Shown here in pieces: positions 26,285-32,000 of a stretch of 32,000 nt of DNA. The stretch is from Copranaerobaculum intestinale (GTDB taxonomy: Bacteria > Bacillota_I > Bacilli_A > Erysipelotrichales > Erysipelotrichaceae): assembly GCF_009831105.1 (NCBI RefSeq), contig NZ_WUUQ01000001.1, forward strand, positions 120,001 to 152,000. Direction: 5' to 3'. The position numbers and the translations under genes are program-made. The notes below the pieces were generated by a model. The model had not been told where the DNA came from and made no database searches. It saw only the letters and a list, made by a program, of their open reading frames with translations. Numbering within the stretch: position 1 is the stretch's first letter; each line of letters starts with the position of its first letter.

Positions 26285-27712
26285 TCAATCACGTGCTTTT
26301 TCAATCCGCAGCTTTTTACCCTTAATGGTAACGTTTTGCAAATGCTTTAACACTGCCATCCCCTTACCGTTTAAAATGTCAACGGTAGAACCGTTATCTT
26401 TGATTTCAATTACACCGATATCCTCTCCGCTTATCGTATCCAGTTCACAAATTGCCCCGACGATATCACCCTTTCTAATTTTTTTATTCTTTCCGCCGTT
26501 CAAATGAAGGCGCATAACGTCCTCACGAATGATATCGGTTTTGGTCGTGCGGGTTTTTGGAGGATTCGATACGAAGCGCAGCTGTGATTCATCGAGAGCG
26601 GTGTTCATCAGTGCCTCGACATCCTTTTCTTCATATATCAGACCCATTTTCTCAAACATTTCCTTTATATATGCTTTCTCTCGAAAGGCAGCCAGCAATA
26701 CCGACTGACCAGTTTCCTGCATGCGTCCGCTTCTGCCCATCCGATGCACGAAGGTTTCCCGGGAGCGCGGCAGGTGCAGATGCACGACCATTGCCAAGGA
26801 AGCAATATCAATGCCCCGTGCTGCTACATCGGTTGCTACAAGATAACGAAACTTTCCACGGCGAAAATCTTCCATCACCGCAAGCCGATCATTTTGCATC
26901 ATTCCCCCATGAAGTTTCCCGCAGCTGTAATGCAGCCCCAACAAGATATCGTGAAGCTCGTCAACCGCTTCGTGCGTAGAAGCAAAGATCATTGCTGTTT
27001 CAACCTGCTCATATGCCAGCAGTCTAGCTAGCAGCTCAGCCTTCTGTGCTTCATCACAATAGGCAACAGATTGATGAATTTGCAGAGAGGATGCTGCTTC
27101 AGCTTGAATCCAGATCGGTTCCTGCAGAAAATCATCGGCAATTTTTTTTACCGCTTCCGGCATGGTCGCTGAACAAAGTACGGTTTGATGCTTCTTGGGG
27201 AGCAGCTTTAAAATATCGCGTACAAGATCGATAAATCCCATATTCAGCATTTGATCGGCCTCATCCAGCACGACTGTCTGTATCTGATCCGGTTTGAATG
27301 AACCGCGGTCAATATGATCCTTCACACGGCCCGGAGTACCAATCACCAAATGACAGTGATCTTTCAGCTGTTCCATCTGCCGTTTATACGGCTGCCGTCC
27401 CAGAAGCAGCACACTGCGCAGCTTCTGATAAATACCCAACGCTTTTAATTCTTCCTGAATCTGTAGTGCCAGCTCTCTGGTCGGAGCCAGAATTAACGCT
27501 TGCGGCAATCTTGTATTCCAATCCAGCTGTTCTAAAATACCAAGCCCGAATGCAGCGGTTTTTCCGCTTCCCGTTCTTGCTTGAATGATACAATCCTGTT
27601 TATTGAGAAGGCAGGGGATCGCTTTCTCTTGAACTGATGTGCAGTTCGTATACTGCAGTTTTTCCAAAGAGCGAAGCAATTCGTTTTTTAATCCAAGTTG
27701 TTTAAAATCCAT
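26285..27712 (-). CDS. DEAD-box ATP-dependent RNA helicase with a DbpA-type C-terminal RNA-binding domain
   Basis: 475-aa ORF. The Q motif region is followed by ARTGSGKT, PTRELA, DEAD (VLDEADQML), SAT and HRMGRSGR. The C-terminal ~75 aa (HLNGGKNKKIRKGDIVGAI...) resemble the DbpA/YxiN RBD. Confidence 0.9.
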   Translation of the reverse strand: MDFKQLGLKNELLRSLEKLQYTNCTSVQEKAIPCLLNKQDCIIQARTGSGKTAAFGLGILEQLDWNTRLPQALILAPTRELALQIQEELKALGIYQKLRSVLLLGRQPYKRQMEQLKDHCHLVIGTPGRVKDHIDRGSFKPDQIQTVVLDEADQMLNMGFIDLVRDILKLLPKKHQTVLCSATMPEAVKKIADDFLQEPIWIQAEAASSLQIHQSVAYCDEAQKAELLARLLAYEQVETAMIFASTHEAVDELHDILLGLHYSCGKLHGGMMQNDRLAVMEDFRRGKFRYLVATDVAARGIDIASLAMVVHLHLPRSRETFVHRMGRSGRMQETGQSVLLAAFREKAYIKEMFEKMGLIYEEKDVEALMNTALDESQLRFVSNPPKTRTTKTDIIREDVMRLHLNGGKNKKIRKGDIVGAICELDTISGEDIGVIEIKDNGSTVDILNGKGMAVLKHLQNVTIKGKKLRIEKARD

Positions 27713-27720
27713 AAAACCTC

Positions 27721-27744
27721 CAAAAAATCCCGGTATGACCGGGA

Positions 27745-27746
<2 letters not shown>
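27721..27746 (-). terminator. Rho-independent terminator of purA, abutting the helicase ribosome-binding site
   Basis: The minus strand reads AATCCCGG-TCATA-CCGGGATT followed by TTTTTT, then GGAGG-TTTT-ATG (helicase start at 27712). The purA stop overlaps the 5' arm. Confidence 0.8.
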
Positions 27747-29064
<1,318 letters not shown>

Positions 29065-29069
29065 TTACC

Positions 29070-29098
29070 ATTATAAAGGTATGTACCGTTTATTTCAA
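29070..29098 (-). promoter_or_regulatory. Candidate sigma-A promoter of purA
   Basis: The minus strand reads TTGAAA-N17-TATAAT, ~35 nt upstream of the purA ATG. Confidence 0.55.
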
Positions 29099-29114
29099 CA
29101 TGTAAATGATTTCA

Positions 29115-29435
29115 TTAATTCTCATGTGAAGTGCATTCATAAACCCCATTTGCCCCGCTGATCGTATAGGTTCGCGAGACTGTGTATGATTCCAGCTTAG
29201 CTTGAAAAACTTCTAAATCTGCTTGCAAAATCGAAAGCATGATATGATTGCAGTTATGATCAAAAGTGAAAGTTTCTTTTCCGTTTTTTAAAATTACCGT
29301 ATCGCTGCTTTCATTCTTAATTAAAAATTGTTCCATATCCATTGTACTCCATGTAAAATGCGCATGCATTTCAGTATCGCTGTGATTATCGATTTCCAGA
29401 TAAATACGCGGTCCTGTATCCACTGTTAAAGGCAT
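29115..29435 (-). CDS. Hypothetical protein (106 aa), no family recognised
   Basis: The track ORF starts at 29489. The ATG at 29435 (MPLTVDTGPRIYLEIDNH...) lies 6 nt after AGGAGG, so I prefer it. Confidence 0.5.
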   Translation of the reverse strand: MPLTVDTGPRIYLEIDNHSDTEMHAHFTWSTMDMEQFLIKNESSDTVILKNGKETFTFDHNCNHIMLSILQADLEVFQAKLESYTVSRTYTISGANGVYECTSHEN

Positions 29436-29551
29436 AGGATACCTCCTTTTCAACATCATAATTATATGCGAGTTTTCCATATAAGACAAGAAAACCGTGT
29501 CTTTTCATGGTTTTTAGGGTATCCTATTCAGAGTGAATAGGAGGTGCTATA

Positions 29552-29827
29552 ATGTCTGAAATATTTGAATTTGATGCCGTAATCAAAAAAGTCGCAAATA
29601 TCGACGGCGCCTATGTGGAAATCCCGTTTGATGTTGAAGCGGTATTTGGAAAGAAGCGGGTATCCATCTACGCAACCTTTGACGGCTATCCCTATCAGGG
29701 TTCTTTGGTGCGTATGAAAACCCCTTGTCATATCATCGGTATCCGAAAAAATATCCGCGCCGTGATTCAAAAAAAGCCAGGTGACACCGTCCGCGTAACC
29801 ATTCAAGAACGAGTCAAAAAAGAATGA
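29552..29827 (+). CDS. DUF1905-domain protein
   Basis: 91-aa [11 protein letters not shown]....[29 protein letters not shown] and PGDTVRVTI match the DUF1905 pattern as I recall it. AGGAGGTG RBS. Confidence 0.7.
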   Translation: MSEIFEFDAVIKKVANIDGAYVEIPFDVEAVFGKKRVSIYATFDGYPYQGSLVRMKTPCHIIGIRKNIRAVIQKKPGDTVRVTIQERVKKE

Positions 29828-29845
29828 GAAATGCTCTCATTTTTT
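29824..29845. terminator. Terminator between the DUF1905 (+) and merR-like (-) genes
   Basis: ATGAGA-AATGC-TCTCAT followed by TTTTT. It overlaps the DUF1905 stop. Confidence 0.65.
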
Positions 29846-29848
29846 ATT

Positions 29849-30250
29849 TTATTTCATAGCATTTGTTCCGTCAGATAAACCGCAAGAGCTCATTTCCACC
29901 GCACATAGCTCGGTATAGTGCTCAATCTTGCCCTCCAACCGTTTTTGCGTCGCGAGCATCTCTGTAATCCGCTCATTCAATAGTTCGTACTGTTCCTTCA
30001 GCAGTTGAAGCCGCGCATCCAATGTGGAATCACCCTGCTGATATAAATGGACATATTCAATCAGGGCTTCGATGGGAAGTCCTGATGAACGCATGCATTT
30101 GATGAATTCTACCCAGTTACAGGATTCTTCATCATAATCACGATTTCCACCGGTACTGCGGGGAACCGGAGGAATCAGACCGATACGCTCATAATAACGA
30201 AGGGTATCCGGAGATAAATTAAATTTTAAACTTACCTCTTTAATCGTCAT
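29849..30250 (-). CDS. MerR-family transcriptional regulator
   Basis: 133-aa ORF. The N-terminal HTH is MTIKEVSLKFNLSPDTLRYYERIGLIPP. A coiled-coil dimerisation helix follows (LLKEQYELLNERITEMLATQKRLEGKI). The C-terminal Cys pair is ELCAVEMSSCG. Confidence 0.9.
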   Translation of the reverse strand: MTIKEVSLKFNLSPDTLRYYERIGLIPPVPRSTGGNRDYDEESCNWVEFIKCMRSSGLPIEALIEYVHLYQQGDSTLDARLQLLKEQYELLNERITEMLATQKRLEGKIEHYTELCAVEMSSCGLSDGTNAMK

Positions 30251-30272
30251 ACCATCACCTCTATCTGATGAT

Positions 30273-30303
30273 AGTGTAACATCTGGAGCTCACTCCAAGT
30301 CAA
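30273..30303 (-). promoter_or_regulatory. MerR-type promoter with a 19-bp spacer containing a dyad, driving the merR-like gene itself
   Basis: The minus strand reads TTGACT-TGGAGTGAGCTCCAGATGT-TACACT. The spacer is exactly 19 nt, and the TGGAG/CTCCA arms (centred on GAGCTC) lie inside it. The -10 ends 22 nt before the ATG. Confidence 0.6.
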
Positions 30304-30619
30304 TCATTTTTTCTTTTTTCGCAATTTTTATCTATATTGGATCGCTATGACAGTGTTTTAAGGCTGTGTACCAGAAAAACCGCACGTTCTTTTATCGAAT
30401 CCTCATTACTTTTTTATCTTGTATATCTTTCATTACTATTTGCAAATCAAATAAGCTTAATAAATTAACTGCCTGACAATAGAAGCTTTTTCGGCATCAG
30501 TCGCTGCATTCCTGCAACAAATAAAGTGCTATTTTTTCTTTTTTCTGCTGTTCTGTATGGTAAGTATCCTGGCGGTTCTCGACGATGTGCTTTAAATCTG
30601 CACGACGGTGTCGGTGACT

Positions 30620-30648
30620 GAAAAAGAAGCATAGTTTTCTTCTGCTTC
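30620..30648 (-). terminator. Weak terminator-like hairpin at the end of the small Cys-rich ORF
   Basis: The minus strand reads GAAGCA-(11 nt)-TGCTTC followed by TTTTTC. The 5' arm overlaps the TGA at 30647-30649. Confidence 0.4.
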
Positions 30649-30844
30649 AGATGTCACAAGGATACTTCTCACAATAGGAACAGTATTGAACATGATTATG
30701 TTTAAGACTGCATCGAGCTATTTTACAAGGCCGGTTTCCTGCTCCGCCGCATCCCATGCAGAAATTATCCAGATACATTGAGCACGATATTCAGTTTAAG
30801 CCGCATAATGACAAGCTTTGATTGCTTCTGACGAAGCCCTTCAC
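30647..30844 (-). pseudogene. DUF3795-like Cys-rich ORF (65 codons) with an in-frame TGA at codon 18: a recent pseudogene or a Sec-recoding candidate
   Basis: Hand translation gives VKGFVRSNQSLSLCGLN*ISCSMYLDNFCMGCGGAGNRPCKIARCSLKHNHVQYCSYCEKYPCDI*. The GTG at 30844 overlaps the upstream gene's stop (GTGA), with GAGGAG 5 nt upstream. The pattern CG.N[C]..C ... C.GC ... C...RC ... YC..C..YPC matches DUF3795-type proteins as I recall them. The TGA (30791-30793) falls where a motif Cys is expected. Confidence 0.5.
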
Positions 30845-31329
30845 AGCAGCTCCTCAAGATTCACACATACATTTTCATAATCTTTGACATAATAGCGTAG
30901 ATTCGTTCTGCCACGCTGAATAATTTCATGTCCCTCCGCTTCCAATAGACTGCGTTGCTTCACAACCCCACCCGGATATTTGGGATTCAGTTCACCCTTT
31001 GCTTTCAAAGTTCGCCAATACGGTGTTTTATCTTCATCACGCTGATGACTGGCCCAGGCAGCGATTGATACAAAAATACCGGCTGTGATCGGATCGGTAA
31101 AGTCCGCGTCATGATGCCTAGCAAAATATTCACGAATCGCTCCCACGGTGATCACCTTGCCATTTGGTATCTTTTTCATAACCATATCATAATCAATCGG
31201 CGGAGCAAAATACATTCTGTTTCCCCCATATTTTTTGATCGATGCATCATCATCAATAATCTGAATCTTAGGCATTCCATTTTTTCTTTTCAGCATTACA
31301 TTAAAATCTTTTTGATCTTCATTTGCCAT
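30841..31329 (-). CDS. MGMT/ATL-family DNA-binding protein lacking the acceptor cysteine (alkyltransferase-like)
   Basis: The track ORF starts at 31338. The ATG at 31329 (MANEDQKD...) lies 8 nt after GGAGG. The C-terminal TPYWRTLKAKGEL...YPGGVVKQRSLLEAEG aligns with the PCHRV...GG...LL..EG motif of O6-alkylguanine transferases, but reads PYWR. Confidence 0.7.
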   Translation of the reverse strand: MANEDQKDFNVMLKRKNGMPKIQIIDDDASIKKYGGNRMYFAPPIDYDMVMKKIPNGKVITVGAIREYFARHHDADFTDPITAGIFVSIAAWASHQRDEDKTPYWRTLKAKGELNPKYPGGVVKQRSLLEAEGHEIIQRGRTNLRYYVKDYENVCVNLEELL

Positions 31330-31562
31330 GACATCCACCTCCTAAGTAAAACATACAACACTTTCTATGGGTATGCAATGAGGCAGTTTTAAAATAAATA
31401 TAAATTTGTATGTTGGAATACATGATTCCCTATGCGAATTATGCAGGCTAAGCTTTTTACTAAATCACTAGGATACTTTAACAGCATCATAAAAAGAGTA
31501 TCGTTTGAAACCAAATCCTATTTCTGTCACAGCAATTCAGCATGCGTCGCTTGAAACATATT

Positions 31563-31590
31563 GAAAAAGGCATTGGTTAAAACCAACGCC
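31563..31590 (-). terminator. Rho-independent terminator downstream of lysS
   Basis: The minus strand reads GGCGTTGG-TTTTAA-CCAATGCC (one G-U pair) followed by TTTTT. Confidence 0.65.
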
Positions 31591-31725
31591 CTTTAAAATC
31601 TATGAATTTTGCAGTGTTTTTGTAATGTATTATTGTGGTGTAAATCAGGTGTAAATACCGTTTTTCATTTTACATGATATAACTGTATTTCCCTTTATTT
31701 AAGCCGCATTAGCGTATTACTTTAC

Positions 31726-32000
<275 letters not shown>

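Noticed and set aside
29527-29551. A CCTATTC-AGAGT-GAATAGG hairpin overlapping the first bases of the DUF1905 gene's Shine-Dalgarno, a possible translational switch.
   Set aside because: The stem is only 7 bp and AT-rich, covers just part of the SD, and has no alternative pairing partner or ligand-binding-like structure nearby. The evidence is insufficient.
30795-30806. A 12-nt repeat, TTTAAGCCGCAT, also present at 31704-31715. It hinted at a second CGLN-encoding (DUF3795 N-terminal) remnant next to lysS.
   Set aside because: The second copy is immediately preceded by a stop codon and followed by only 8 further sense codons before a stop, with no further Cys pattern. It is within the chance expectation for 12-mers.
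30497-30844. Reading TGA as a sense codon genome-wide (Mollicutes-like code 4) to explain a 115-codon frame interrupted only by TGAs.
   Set aside because: Many well-supported genes in this window terminate at TGA at the expected protein end, directly followed by terminators: the GGDEF-EAL, clpC-like, yigZ, aminotransferase, sigma and permease 1 genes. Trp is encoded by TGG throughout. TGA is therefore a normal stop here.

Overview
This 32-kb chromosomal segment comes from a low-GC Gram-positive (Bacillota-type) genome. Supporting signs are strong GGAGG ribosome-binding sites, PRD/PTS regulation, a Bce-type peptide-resistance module, DegV/FakB paralogs, and B. subtilis-like synteny (clpC ... 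ispD, with lysS nearby). Content is mostly housekeeping and regulatory: an L-ascorbate-family PTS with a PRD regulator, a PAS-GGDEF-EAL protein, ispD, a ClpC-like ATPase, and a BceRS-like two-component system. It also has a BceA ATPase followed by two tandem BceB-like permeases, agmatine deiminase, a GNAT, and an ECF-type sigma factor coupled to a DUF2461 gene. The rest comprises three tandem DegV genes, yigZ, an AsnC/aminotransferase pair, a DbpA-type DEAD-box helicase, purA, MerR, an ATL/MGMT-like gene and the 3' end of lysS. By eye I found no rRNA, tRNA, CRISPR array, transposase, integrase or recognisable defence island, and I cannot point to a convincing new multi-gene system. The items most worth a second look are listed here. 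(1) A small, unannotated DUF3795-like Cys-rich ORF is translationally coupled to the ATL gene and interrupted by an in-frame TGA exactly at a conserved Cys (UxxC); it is a fresh pseudogene or a Sec candidate. (2) A syntenic ClpC homolog lacks the M-domain and has a degenerate second ATPase ring. (3) An ECF-like sigma has a Cys-bearing C-terminal extension, no adjacent anti-sigma gene, and ATGA coupling to DUF2461. (4) A triple DegV (FakB-like) operon is driven by a near-consensus promoter whose -35 sits in a FabT-like palindrome. (5) A split Bce module has a perfect 7-4-7 operator, a small 2-TM ORF, one ATPase and two diverged permeases. All homology calls rest on motif recognition from memory; no database search was run.
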